Both the position numbers and the translations under genes were made by a program. Positions 21,408 to 31,146 of a DNA stretch of 64,000 nucleotides are shown here, piece by piece. This stretch comes from a virus. Taxonomy: Duplodnaviria > Caudoviricetes. Location of the stretch: positions 64,001 to 128,000 of the IMG/VR virus record IMGVR_UViG_2595698595_000001, one strand, 5' to 3'. The notes under the pieces are model-generated. The model had not been told where the DNA came from. It ran no database searches and saw only the letters and a list, made by a program, of their open reading frames with translations. How positions within the stretch are numbered: position 1 is the stretch's first letter; the number at the start of each line of letters is the position of its first letter.

Positions 21408-21846
21408 TTTCTTTAAAGATTTAAAAGACATTTTAAAGTTAGCTTCGAACGAATATGATTTCGAATATCTTTATCAACATAAAGAAGACATTCTTACTTT
21501 ATCGATATCAAATGAAAATATCGATATCGTTCAAAAACAGGATACGTTATTAGATTTATATTGTTTCGTTATTAATAGATTATCGAAATTAGATTTATTC
21601 AATGAATCTTTATCTTCGAATAATACATATCATCTAGGATATAATCCGTCATCTGTATGTCTTTCTATACAGTTTCATGGTTCTAAGAATCAAGTTTTCT
21701 ATCATTCAGATCATGAGAAATATAAAATCATATGTCATGAAAGAACTTCATCAGGTTGGGCAATATGTTCTGGTACTGACGCTTTAGGAAGATCTTTCGA
21801 AAGACAAATAATTTACATTAATCGTTTAAAACCATATTTCAAATAA
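21397..21846 (+). CDS. hypothetical protein
   Basis: 149-aa overlapping-coupled ORF. Confidence 0.55.
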   Translation: MDINFFKDLKDILKLASNEYDFEYLYQHKEDILTLSISNENIDIVQKQDTLLDLYCFVINRLSKLDLFNESLSSNNTYHLGYNPSSVCLSIQFHGSKNQVFYHSDHEKYKIICHERTSSGWAICSGTDALGRSFERQIIYINRLKPYFK

Positions 21847-21847
21847 A

Positions 21848-22390
21848 ATGTCAAAATTTACATTAATCGACAAAAACGAATTCAATTCGTTATCAAGTAA
21901 ACTTCAAAAGTTTCAACATCAATATGCATATCGTTTAGCTGAATCACAATTGTCAAGTAGATTGATCTCTGACTTACTTGATACAGTTAAGAACAAAATT
22001 CAAGTAGGTGAAAGAAGCGATAACGAAAATAAGAAAGTTCTTATCGAAGAAATCGAAAAGGTTCTTTCAAAATATTCTAAAGTAGATTTCAAAACTGTTG
22101 AAGAAACTATCGTTGAGAAAACTGAAGAAATAGTATCAGATAAAGAAGAATCAAAGGAAATTGAAGAAACTATCGTTGAGAAAGAGAAAACTGAAGAAAT
22201 CGAAGAACCTGAAACAATAACTCATATCGTTTCTAAAGAAGATATTGATAACAATCCTGGTACTGATTTAGTTGAAGGAGAAACTATTGTTATCGAAGAA
22301 TCTTTAACTGAAGAAGATTTAGAAGAATCAGATAAAAATGATTCAGATTTAGAAGAGCTTGAGAAAGCTTCAAACGAAGAGGAGGAATAA
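21848..22390 (+). CDS. acidic hypothetical protein
   Basis: Glu-rich C-terminal half with repeated EETIVEK. Confidence 0.6.
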   Translation: MSKFTLIDKNEFNSLSSKLQKFQHQYAYRLAESQLSSRLISDLLDTVKNKIQVGERSDNENKKVLIEEIEKVLSKYSKVDFKTVEETIVEKTEEIVSDKEESKEIEETIVEKEKTEEIEEPETITHIVSKEDIDNNPGTDLVEGETIVIEESLTEEDLEESDKNDSDLEELEKASNEEEE

Positions 22391-22416
22391 AACTTCCTCT
22401 TCTAGTTTAGTATAAT
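22391..22416 (+). promoter_or_regulatory. early/middle-type promoter
   Basis: AACTTC-N11-TAGTATAAT. Confidence 0.6.
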
Positions 22417-22451
22417 TAATTTTTAAATCAAGAAACAAAACAAACATTTAA

Positions 22452-23267
22452 ATGAAGACCATTAAATTAAGTAACATCGATGTAGCATCACTTAAAGGCT
22501 TATTCGGTAGATCGTTATCAGTTAATACTTCTTTGTATTTTGAACTTACTCCTCAAAAAATCGAAGCTTATGCTGCAAATCAACATGATACATTCTGTAA
22601 GGAATGGTCAACTGATCTAAAAGGAATCCTCGAACATAATAACGATTTCGAAAGATTGAAATTCTATTTCGCCCATGGTTCCGTATTCACAAACAAATTG
22701 TTAGGATTTTTCAGTACACCGGAATGGGAAATTCACTTTGATGAAGAAAATGTTGTTAAACGTATCGTAATGACTGATAAAGCTTTACGTATTGATATCA
22801 ACACTACTAACATCAATTTCGCAAATATCATTTCAAAGGATCAACAATTAAAACGTTTTGATTTATCAAACAGTCAAGCTAGTTTTGATTTGAATCCTGG
22901 AATTGTCGATTCAATCGTTTCATTATCGTCAATCACGGAATTTAGTGAACAAAAAATCGATTTCGTTGAATTCGAAGCTGCTAATGGTGTTCTAAAAGCA
23001 TCTAACAATATGTTTAACAAAGAAATCGGTACATACGAAGGTATCGAATTCAAAGCTAAACTTCATAAATCGTTCTTATCTGTTTTAGATAAAGAAGATA
23101 CTAAAGTTCATTACTGTACTAACGATAATGGTACTGTTACTTTCATATTCGATAGTAAACATGCTGAAATCGATTCTAAATCTTGTGCAGTGATTATGAC
23201 AGATTTAGCGATTATGTCAGACCTTGATTTCAACGATGATACTACTGGTTGGGCTGATTTCAACTAA
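22452..23267 (+). CDS. putative sliding clamp (gp45-like)
   Basis: 271 aa, two-domain alpha/beta pattern, acidic tail, located between the polymerase halves. Confidence 0.5.
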   Translation: MKTIKLSNIDVASLKGLFGRSLSVNTSLYFELTPQKIEAYAANQHDTFCKEWSTDLKGILEHNNDFERLKFYFAHGSVFTNKLLGFFSTPEWEIHFDEENVVKRIVMTDKALRIDINTTNINFANIISKDQQLKRFDLSNSQASFDLNPGIVDSIVSLSSITEFSEQKIDFVEFEAANGVLKASNNMFNKEIGTYEGIEFKAKLHKSFLSVLDKEDTKVHYCTNDNGTVTFIFDSKHAEIDSKSCAVIMTDLAIMSDLDFNDDTTGWADFN

Positions 23268-23285
23268 TATCATTTGACCATATAC

Positions 23286-23314
23286 GAATAGGTGGCTAAA
23301 ATTGTCACCTATTC
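23286..23314 (+). terminator. hairpin, probable terminator
   Basis: GAATAGGTGGC...GTCACCTATTC. Confidence 0.55.
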
Positions 23315-23328
23315 TTAATTAGATTTAA

Positions 23329-24543
23329 ATGCCACACAGATACGAAAGACTTAAAGAAAAATTTCTTGACCCTGAGAAATTGAAAAATGTTTCTAATGAG
23401 GAGTTACAAGAAATCTATAATGAGTTTCAAGCTTTAATGATAACTTATAAGACACGACAAATGTCTGTTAAACTTTCAGCTAACTCATTATATGGAGCTT
23501 CTGGAAATCAACATTATAGATTCGCGAATTATGAAGTAGCTTCTGATATTACCGGAGAGGGTGCTTATCATATGATTGCAATTGACAAAGCATTAAACAA
23601 ATATCTAAGAGCTTGGGATAAGGATTTAGAAATACAGAAAATTCTTAAAGAAAAATTCCCAGAACAAGATTTCAAATTTGTTCCAATCGATTGCGATGTT
23701 TGTAATTACGGTGACACAGATTCAAGATATATCGAATATGGTAAGATATTCAAAGCTTGTAATTTCGTTCCAAAGAGTCATGATGATTTAATCGATTTTG
23801 TTAAATTGATGGATGTTCATCGTGTTTCTCCTTTATTCGAAAAGGTTTTAACAGCTGAAGTTACTAGAAAGAATGGTAATAGTACAATGAAAATGGAACT
23901 TGAAGTTATGGGTGGTCGTGGGATTTTCTTAGCTAAGAAAATGTATGTGATGTCTGTAATTTGGAAAGATGGTCGTAATGTTGCTAAAGCTGGAAAAATT
24001 AAAGCAACAGGTGTCGAACTTAAACGTAAGACTTCTTCATTATTTGCTAAGAAAATGCAAGAACGTGTAATTCGAGCATTGTTAACTCCAACTTTCCCAG
24101 TAAATGATGTTTATAGATTAGCTGCTGGAATAGTTCAACATGCTAAAACATTAAGTTTAGATGAACTTTGTAGAATTACTAAGGTCAGTAAATATCATGA
24201 ATTCGTTATTGATGATAAAGAAAACTTGATTCTAGCTAAAGGTTCAAGACCTCCACAAAAAGGTTCAGCTAGATGGAATCATTTACTTTACAAACATGGA
24301 GTACTTGATAAATATGAACCATTATACGATGGTCGATTAAAATGGTATCTTGCTGAAGATGGTCAACCAATGGCTATTCCATTATCTTTAGATTCAACAA
24401 CTTACCCAGATTGGTTACCTAAGATTAATCATGCTGCTCAAATCGAAGCTATCATTATCAAACCATTACAAAGATATCTTCCGGAAAATGCATCAATTTC
24501 GAATCTTGGTAAATCGGTAATTCAAAACTCATTTGGTAATTAA
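23329..24543 (+). CDS. gp43: family B DNA polymerase, C-terminal subunit (motifs B and C)
   Basis: KLSANSLYG, ITGEG, YGDTDS, AKKMY, KATGVE. Confidence 0.9.
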   Translation: MPHRYERLKEKFLDPEKLKNVSNEELQEIYNEFQALMITYKTRQMSVKLSANSLYGASGNQHYRFANYEVASDITGEGAYHMIAIDKALNKYLRAWDKDLEIQKILKEKFPEQDFKFVPIDCDVCNYGDTDSRYIEYGKIFKACNFVPKSHDDLIDFVKLMDVHRVSPLFEKVLTAEVTRKNGNSTMKMELEVMGGRGIFLAKKMYVMSVIWKDGRNVAKAGKIKATGVELKRKTSSLFAKKMQERVIRALLTPTFPVNDVYRLAAGIVQHAKTLSLDELCRITKVSKYHEFVIDDKENLILAKGSRPPQKGSARWNHLLYKHGVLDKYEPLYDGRLKWYLAEDGQPMAIPLSLDSTTYPDWLPKINHAAQIEAIIIKPLQRYLPENASISNLGKSVIQNSFGN

Positions 24544-24585
24544 TACATACATTATTAAACTGTAAATATACAAATTTCTAAGATA

Positions 24586-25842
24586 ATGAAAAAATCACAA
24601 GAATTATTGAATTCGTTATATGAATCGTTGGAAAATGCTACAACCGTTTCTATATCGGGTCAACAAATACAAAATAGTGCATTGAAAGCTGAACGATCGT
24701 TTAATGCTTTTAATGAAGTGTTAGCTAAAACACTTAATGAAAGTCATGACGACGGTTTAAATGCTTGGGCTAATGAAGTTGTTACATCAACTGACGTAAA
24801 CGATAAAGTTCTTGTTAACTTTAACTCAGTAATGGAACGTTTACAAACTGAATCAGAAGATTTACAAAATGCTGTAGCAGCAAGTACTTACGATGATCTG
24901 GAATATCTTACAAATCTTGACGGAAATGGATTAGTTTCAGCTATTACTAATGGAGCTTTGAAAGATTACGGATGGGTTCCAGAATTCGAAGAACTTAATC
25001 TAATGTTAACAGAAAACAAAGGATTGAAAGGTTCTACGAATTTAAGTGAAAATACTGTAATGTATTCACCTTTCTCAATGATCTGTGAGAATAACGAAAG
25101 CGGTTTACCTGTAGTTCGTATTAAGAATAAGAATTACGCGATTGGTAAAACTGGTCGTTTGTTTGAAGCTGAAGCAAGTGCTGAAGCTGATGCTGTTAAT
25201 AACGCAATCGAAAACATTCTTTACAATGACGAAAAGGATCAATGGGAATTAGAATCTCCTGTTGGAATGATTACAATATCTCCATATGAAAAATGTATTC
25301 GTTTAAATGGTGATTCTATGTCATGTGAAGAACTTAAGGAATCGTTAAGTGATGCTGTTAAATCGGAAGATTCTGTATTGACATTACAAGATACAGAATT
25401 ATTGGATGATGTAATTCATATCGTTGATAATATCGATGATATAGCAATTCTTGATCAAGTAACGATTTTTGAAAATCTTGTAGATCGCACAAATCTTGTA
25501 ATTTACCCTAACGAATCTGGAACAGAAGTTTCAGTTATCGAAGATGGTGAAGTAAAATACGCTGATAACTTTGAAGATGTTATCGAATATGCTCATGAGG
25601 AATTCAATGCTTCTAAAGCTAAACTTAACGAAGTGTATTCTAAACAGTTGAAAGCTAAAGCTCTATTCGAATCAAAGCTTAATGAAGAAAACGAAATCGA
25701 TTCCGAAACTAAAGAGGAATTAGAAAAATCACTTCTTGAAGTAGATGAAGAATTAGCATTAGTTGACGCTGACTCTGAAGCTGCAGAAGCTCTTATTGAA
25801 GTTCGTAATACAATCGTATCTGAGCTTGGAAAACTAAACTAA
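24586..25842 (+). CDS. acidic late protein, probable head/core component
   Basis: AATACATA at 24542; many LxE motifs (SLYES, LNES, LFES, LNEE). Confidence 0.55.
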   Translation: MKKSQELLNSLYESLENATTVSISGQQIQNSALKAERSFNAFNEVLAKTLNESHDDGLNAWANEVVTSTDVNDKVLVNFNSVMERLQTESEDLQNAVAASTYDDLEYLTNLDGNGLVSAITNGALKDYGWVPEFEELNLMLTENKGLKGSTNLSENTVMYSPFSMICENNESGLPVVRIKNKNYAIGKTGRLFEAEASAEADAVNNAIENILYNDEKDQWELESPVGMITISPYEKCIRLNGDSMSCEELKESLSDAVKSEDSVLTLQDTELLDDVIHIVDNIDDIAILDQVTIFENLVDRTNLVIYPNESGTEVSVIEDGEVKYADNFEDVIEYAHEEFNASKAKLNEVYSKQLKAKALFESKLNEENEIDSETKEELEKSLLEVDEELALVDADSEAAEALIEVRNTIVSELGKLN

Positions 25843-25850
25843 ACAATTTT

Positions 25851-25878
25851 GACAGACGTTTCAATTGAAACGTCTGTC
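25851..25878 (+). terminator. perfect 28-bp palindrome, probable terminator
   Basis: GACAGACGTTTCAA|TTGAAACGTCTGTC followed by TTTATTT. Confidence 0.7.
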
Positions 25879-25893
25879 TTTATTTATCGAAAC

Positions 25894-26316
25894 ATGACCA
25901 ACCAAAACAATATTTTAAATGAGTTGTTCAATTCTTCCGACAGGAAAATCAAAATAGCTCAGAACAAAAAGAATTTCTATGTAAATAACGATGAGTTACA
26001 TAATGAAATCGTTAAATGTAAAAAGCTTGATGAATGCTCACCTAAACTAGCAGCCATGTTCAAGAAACTAGCATATCGTGTTTCATTCATGCCAGCATTT
26101 AGATATGATAATGAAGACGATCGTAATGATTGTGTTCAACATGCTATTCTAGTAATGATGACAAATTTCAGAGACTTCGATGAAACTAGAGGTACTCAAG
26201 CCTTTTCATTCTTTACAACAACAGCTATGAACGGTTTAAGAGCTGGATGGAACGTTATCAAAAAGAATTCGAAAAACACAATTCGATTCGATATGATATT
26301 TAACGAATCTGTTTAA
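25894..26316 (+). CDS. gp55: late-transcription sigma factor, gp55-like
   Basis: YVNNDEL...F..LA...PAFRY...DCVQHA...FDETRGTQAFSFFTT; ATG 25894 preferred. Confidence 0.75.
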   Translation: MTNQNNILNELFNSSDRKIKIAQNKKNFYVNNDELHNEIVKCKKLDECSPKLAAMFKKLAYRVSFMPAFRYDNEDDRNDCVQHAILVMMTNFRDFDETRGTQAFSFFTTTAMNGLRAGWNVIKKNSKNTIRFDMIFNESV

Positions 26317-26326
26317 ACTTATCGAA

Positions 26327-26569
26327 ATGGAAAAACAATGGATTAAACTGACCTTTCAGAAACCATATTCTAAATGTTTCGAAAATCTGTATTTATCTGA
26401 AACTTTAGGAAATACAAAGATTTATAGAAGCTTATCAGGTGATATGATGTTGATAATGGAATCTGAAGAACTTTATGTACTTTATATTAGTGATAAACGT
26501 TCAAGTAATTACAGACCACCTAGAAAGGCTACTGGTTCTGAATTACCGATAAAGATAGAAAAACTTTAA
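26327..26569 (+). CDS. hypothetical protein
   Basis: 80-aa ORF. Confidence 0.5.
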   Translation: MEKQWIKLTFQKPYSKCFENLYLSETLGNTKIYRSLSGDMMLIMESEELYVLYISDKRSSNYRPPRKATGSELPIKIEKL

Positions 26570-26570
26570 A

Positions 26571-26617
26571 AACGAAACCCTTGGAAACTGAAACTTCTGA
26601 GGGTTTCGTAGTACTAT
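26571..26617 (+). repeat. hairpin/early-promoter repeat, copy 1
   Basis: AACGAAACCCTTGGAAACTGAAACTTCTGAGGGTTTCGTAGTACTAT; near-identical at 27477 and 38712. Confidence 0.85.
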
Positions 26618-26663
26618 ACATTTATAAATAAATGGATTCCGTTACAAAGTAACGTATATAAAT

Positions 26664-27470
26664 ATGAAAACTATAAGTCAATTATACGAAGGTGTATCAA
26701 ATGAATTAGTATTTAATTTTGATCAAGACTCAGAATCTGATATCATATTATTGAATACTGGTTTGAAGAAATCTGATATGTTTGATTCAGTATTTCATTT
26801 TTCTTACGAATTTACAGATAAAGCTAGTTCATCTGACAGAACTAAGTTCTTTAACGAATTTAGATTTGGTGCTAATATAAGTAAAACTGACAGTAATAGA
26901 TTTATTTCTACAGCTATATCAAGATTAGATAAAGAAATAGATTTAAGGAAATTCGACGCTATAGTTTTACCTAGATCAAGGTCTGAAATCAATTCAAGAA
27001 TGCTAAAATTCATTACTAGAACATCAAGAATTAAACCTTTCAGTTTTGAACTAGTCAAAAAACAAACATCTGACATTAATTTCGACATAGATCGATTTAC
27101 TGACGAAGTATTGAATTCGACTGTTATGATGGGTTCGAAAGAAAGACCTAGATATACCGATAAACAAAAATCTGAAGCTTTACAAAAAATGAAAAACATT
27201 ATAGATTCTGTTAGAAAGTCTGATTATTTCAGTATAGCTGAATCTATCAAAACTAATAAACTAAAAGAATATGTTGAGGAATTCTTAGAATTTGAAAACG
27301 AAGAATCTAAAAATACTTACGAAAAATTAAAAGATAAGAACATTCTAGTAATCGATGATGTTACGACAACAGGTTCTACGATAATCGAAATAATCAAAAC
27401 TTTACAAGCTGTAAACAGATCAAATAAGATAGTTATCTTTTCGTTAATAGGTAAACCAAATCTTATGTAA
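26664..27470 (+). CDS. type I phosphoribosyltransferase-domain protein with MKTISQLYE leader
   Basis: PRPP-binding loop ILVIDDVTTTGSTI. Confidence 0.75.
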   Translation: MKTISQLYEGVSNELVFNFDQDSESDIILLNTGLKKSDMFDSVFHFSYEFTDKASSSDRTKFFNEFRFGANISKTDSNRFISTAISRLDKEIDLRKFDAIVLPRSRSEINSRMLKFITRTSRIKPFSFELVKKQTSDINFDIDRFTDEVLNSTVMMGSKERPRYTDKQKSEALQKMKNIIDSVRKSDYFSIAESIKTNKLKEYVEEFLEFENEESKNTYEKLKDKNILVIDDVTTTGSTIIEIIKTLQAVNRSNKIVIFSLIGKPNLM

Positions 27471-27476
27471 AAATAA

Positions 27477-27519
27477 AAACCCTCGGAAACTGAAACTTTC
27501 GAGGGTTTCGTAGTATAAT
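27477..27519 (+). repeat. hairpin/early-promoter repeat, copy 2
   Basis: AAACCCTCGGAAACTGAAACTTTCGAGGGTTTCGTAGTATAAT. Confidence 0.85.
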
Positions 27520-27594
27520 TACTTTATATAAATAAAGTAATTCGATTCGTTTAGAATCTATATACTTATTAATAAATCTTTAAATTATACTTAT

Positions 27595-28020
27595 ATGTCA
27601 ACTTTAAAACAACTTTCGAACCCACTTAAATTAAAAGGTAAATCTCACAAAGCGATTTACGATATCAATTACCAAATCAATAAAGGAATCGTAACACCTA
27701 ATAATCTTTCTGATATTACAGAAGATACTAAAGAAATCAATTTCAGATCAGGTGCTGACGATGTAAGAAATGCTACAGTTTTCGAAAATGATAGAATCGT
27801 TAGTTCTTGTGATGTAGGGCGTGGTTTATATCTTACTGAAGATGGAATAGCTTATCTTGTTTCACCTTACTGGGTTTGGGATTCACTTTTACGTGATAGT
27901 ATCAGAAATCATAACTTATCAAGAACTGAAATCCTTGAAATGGTTGAAGCTAATTGTTCAGCTAAAGGTACAATTTCTGGTAAAGTTATTACAATTACTC
28001 ACATCAATACTTCAAACTAA
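27595..28020 (+). CDS. hypothetical early protein
   Basis: 141-aa ORF after the promoter repeat. Confidence 0.6.
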   Translation: MSTLKQLSNPLKLKGKSHKAIYDINYQINKGIVTPNNLSDITEDTKEINFRSGADDVRNATVFENDRIVSSCDVGRGLYLTEDGIAYLVSPYWVWDSLLRDSIRNHNLSRTEILEMVEANCSAKGTISGKVITITHINTSN

Positions 28021-28538
28021 TGAAAACTTTATATAGCACACTCTTAGATGTTCTTTCAGAAACAAAAATGTTCGAACATGCTATGGACCGAAAATTCGTA
28101 CTGAACAGAATATTTAACAATAGTCAAAATCTAGTTAATCATTTATTGAAAACTATATTTTTTCCAAACGATTATTCTGTAAATCATTGGGAAGATGAAG
28201 TAGTAAATGTCATTGAAAAACATGTGATTGGTTTAGTTAAATCAAAGGTATCTGCTAAACAGTACTACGAATTTTTGATAGCGAAACAATATTCAAAAGG
28301 TAAAAACTTATCGATTGATGAGATTTATCGATTATTTAGAGTACATTTAAAAACTGAATATACTGAACAGTATATGAAAGATTTCGATTCACTTAAATCG
28401 GAATATTCTAGTATCATTTTGGAGAATCTTAAAAACTTCTTTACAGAATTATCAGAACTGTTAGAAACTAAAAACACAAAAATAACAGAATCTGAACTTG
28501 TTAACTTAACTAAGGCGTTCAATTCGATCAAGGAATAA
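28020..28538 (+). CDS. DUF29-like helical protein
   Basis: LVNHLLK...HWEDEV pattern; MKTL...MFE N-terminus. Confidence 0.4.
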   Translation: MKTLYSTLLDVLSETKMFEHAMDRKFVLNRIFNNSQNLVNHLLKTIFFPNDYSVNHWEDEVVNVIEKHVIGLVKSKVSAKQYYEFLIAKQYSKGKNLSIDEIYRLFRVHLKTEYTEQYMKDFDSLKSEYSSIILENLKNFFTELSELLETKNTKITESELVNLTKAFNSIKE

Positions 28539-28543
28539 TATTT

Positions 28544-29101
28544 ATGAAAACATTGACATTATCCGACTTCTTGAAAGAAAATCATTTCGATTTAGAAGTA
28601 CATAATCCGATTCATATCACTCCATATAATCTTCTTAGAAAGAATACGAAACTAGATTTCGATGTAATAGTTTTCGGTGTACCTTTACAACGTACAGTAG
28701 TTTGGAAAGAATATCAAAAACAAGAATTGATTCTAACGCTACTGAAAGGTCAGGAAATTCCTGAAATCTATGCTATTTGTCAATGCCATTACGATAAATC
28801 AGATAAAGTATATCAGATAATTGACGGTAAGCAAAGACTTACAACTATTCTAGATTTCATGGAAAATAAGTTTCCGATTCAATTCGGTAACGATTTGTTC
28901 ATGTACGATCATTTGGATGAACATTTACAGAGACGTATTTGGAATTGTTCTTTAAGAATGTCAATTGTCTATGAATATCCTGATACTATCGTTTCAGATA
29001 TTGACAAAATCAAATGGTTCAATCTTCTTAATTTCTCAGGTACTTTACAAAGTCATCAACATGAGAAAATGCTAAAAACGTTAATTAACGAAAATCAGTA
29101 A
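28544..29101 (+). CDS. DUF262 (ParB-like, GmrSD N-terminal type) protein
   Basis: QRTVVW...ELILTLLKGQEIP...IIDGKQRLTTI...F..LN. Confidence 0.85.
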   Translation: MKTLTLSDFLKENHFDLEVHNPIHITPYNLLRKNTKLDFDVIVFGVPLQRTVVWKEYQKQELILTLLKGQEIPEIYAICQCHYDKSDKVYQIIDGKQRLTTILDFMENKFPIQFGNDLFMYDHLDEHLQRRIWNCSLRMSIVYEYPDTIVSDIDKIKWFNLLNFSGTLQSHQHEKMLKTLINENQ

Positions 29102-29103
29102 AT

Positions 29104-29736
29104 ATGAAACTAGATCATAAAATATTCGATATTTTACATACGATAAACCTACCTATCAGAAAAGGTCTTTCTTATACCCCGAAAGACTTAATGGATGAAG
29201 ATTACTATGAAATCGATTTCGATGTAAAGTTATCAGATGGTTACAATTTACAAAGACCATTGGTTTGGAGCTATGTTCAAAAATCTGAATTGATACTTTC
29301 GATTCTGAAAGGTATTCAGTTACCTAATCTTTCAGTAATCATGAGTGAAACTGAAGAATATGTAACTAAAGTCTCCAACAAAAAGCTATTGAAAGTAATT
29401 GACGGTAAACAAAGACTTTCTACAATATTCGAATTTATTAGAGGTGAGTTTAATATCTATATTCCTGAATTGGAGGAAGCGTTACCTTCATTTAGTTTTC
29501 GAGAACTTGATGAAAAACTTCAAAGACGTATTCTTAACGCTCATCTAAGATTAGATATAGTTTACGAACATCCAGCTGATCCTGAATCAATAGTGTCAGA
29601 TATCGAATTAATCAAATGGTTTAGACTTATTAACTTCTCTGGAACTGAACAGGAAGCTGCTCATAACTTCCATCTTAATCGTAGACTATCTACACTAGTT
29701 TACGAAAGGAATCAACAAACAACTCATAAACGTTAA
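29104..29736 (+). CDS. DUF262 protein, paralogue
   Basis: QRPLVW...ELILSILKGIQLP...VIDGKQRLSTI...F..IN. Confidence 0.85.
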   Translation: MKLDHKIFDILHTINLPIRKGLSYTPKDLMDEDYYEIDFDVKLSDGYNLQRPLVWSYVQKSELILSILKGIQLPNLSVIMSETEEYVTKVSNKKLLKVIDGKQRLSTIFEFIRGEFNIYIPELEEALPSFSFRELDEKLQRRILNAHLRLDIVYEHPADPESIVSDIELIKWFRLINFSGTEQEAAHNFHLNRRLSTLVYERNQQTTHKR

Positions 29737-29739
29737 ATT

Positions 29740-30795
29740 ATGGAAAACAAAGGATTCTTAAAACTAAAGAAACGCATACCGTTTAAACCTCAAACTGTTG
29801 ACAAATATGGTGATTTCGATTTGAAGGAAACGGAACAATCGATAAAACAAGTTTCGTTACTTGGTCTAAATTCTGATACTTCAGTAGTTTATTTTTCTGA
29901 CGAAATCGACAGGAACTTATCAAATACTAATATTGGAATGTATAATCATGTACGAAATACATTAATAGTTAATAATTCTAATACAGTATATTTCATATCT
30001 TCTAAAATGGAAAACAGTTACGAATTTTTCCGGAATACTGATTTAACTGAAGATATTCTTATGAATGTTTCATACGCTATTGGTACAATTAAAGATTCCA
30101 AAATCTTCATAACTCATGTTAAAGAAAGAATCAAACGAAATCAGAATTTGAAAATAGTAGCTGGTGGTTGTTATTATCTATCGAATAAAGAAAGTACTAA
30201 CATATTGCTTTACAAAACTGGACATCATTGGGATCAAGAAAGATTAGTAGACCCTGTAACAAAATACGAATGGCGAAAGGACGGTAGAAATACTATTCCT
30301 GGAAATCAATTGTACGATTTAGCTGATTATCATGAAAAGTTCAATGAAAATTACGAATGGATTATGATAATGTGTGCAGCTGCTTATTATATTCATGGAT
30401 GGTGTTTCAGAAATATATTCACAGAATACGATTGGGTTACTAAAAATCGTAAACATATTTATTATGGTGAACATGGTCAATACGAACCGCGTGAAAAAGA
30501 AACTGTTAAGTATCATGAGATTCTATCATGGTCTACAAAAAGTAAACAAGATATAGTTTCAGAACTTCGTTTAAGATGTCAAGAAATATTTGTTAAGAAG
30601 CATGCTAAATGGAAAGCTAAACCTTATACAGAAGCAGGTGGTGAATGTGGAATATATTCGATTCAAGAACCAACTAATCCAGCAAAATCTTGGAAGATTT
30701 TAGAAATCGGTCTGAAATACGATGTGAACTACGTAAAACCTGAAAAGGTTAAAACAGAACATGACGTAAGTAATATAGAAATGTTTAAAGTTTAA
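29740..30795 (+). CDS. hypothetical protein
   Basis: 351-aa ORF. Confidence 0.6.
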   Translation: MENKGFLKLKKRIPFKPQTVDKYGDFDLKETEQSIKQVSLLGLNSDTSVVYFSDEIDRNLSNTNIGMYNHVRNTLIVNNSNTVYFISSKMENSYEFFRNTDLTEDILMNVSYAIGTIKDSKIFITHVKERIKRNQNLKIVAGGCYYLSNKESTNILLYKTGHHWDQERLVDPVTKYEWRKDGRNTIPGNQLYDLADYHEKFNENYEWIMIMCAAAYYIHGWCFRNIFTEYDWVTKNRKHIYYGEHGQYEPREKETVKYHEILSWSTKSKQDIVSELRLRCQEIFVKKHAKWKAKPYTEAGGECGIYSIQEPTNPAKSWKILEIGLKYDVNYVKPEKVKTEHDVSNIEMFKV

Positions 30796-30799
30796 TACA

Positions 30800-30833
30800 G
30801 TAACTGAAACTTTTGACATAATCGTAGTACTAT
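30800..30833 (+). promoter_or_regulatory. early-type promoter
   Basis: GTAACTGAAACTTT-N10-GTAGTACTAT. Confidence 0.75.
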
Positions 30834-30861
30834 TCTTTTAATACAAAAAATACTTTCAATT

Positions 30862-31146
30862 ATGACAAACTTATTCAGTCTTACAGAAAAAGAAATTCAG
30901 TTCTTAGAAGCTTTCACTCAATCAGACTTCTTCGAAGAAGGGATCGATTCAGTAGTATGGGATTATTCAGTACATGATAATCTTCCATATTCTGGAAAAA
31001 CTCGTTCGGGTGTAATTTCATCACTTTCCCAGAAAAACGTATTAGTTGTTTCACTCAAAGAAAAAGGTGAAATTGCTGGAACTTATCACTTAACTAAAGA
31101 AGCAAAAACTTGCGAATTAATCCAATCGATATGCAACAGAAACTAA
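30862..31146 (+). CDS. small winged-helix-like hypothetical protein
   Basis: LTEKE...SGVISSLSQKNVL...YHLT pattern. Confidence 0.5.
   Translation: MTNLFSLTEKEIQFLEAFTQSDFFEEGIDSVVWDYSVHDNLPYSGKTRSGVISSLSQKNVLVVSLKEKGEIAGTYHLTKEAKTCELIQSICNRN

Noticed and set aside
20904-23329. Intron or split intein joining the polymerase halves
   Set aside because: The interval holds ordinary genes with their own promoter and hairpin; no intein terminal motifs or homing endonuclease
22452-28580. MKT starts at 22452 (MKTIKLS) and 28544 (MKTLTLSDFLKE), also 12614 (MKTNQY), as leader-family members
   Set aside because: They lack L(Y/F)E at positions 7-9; MKT alone is common in AT-rich genomes
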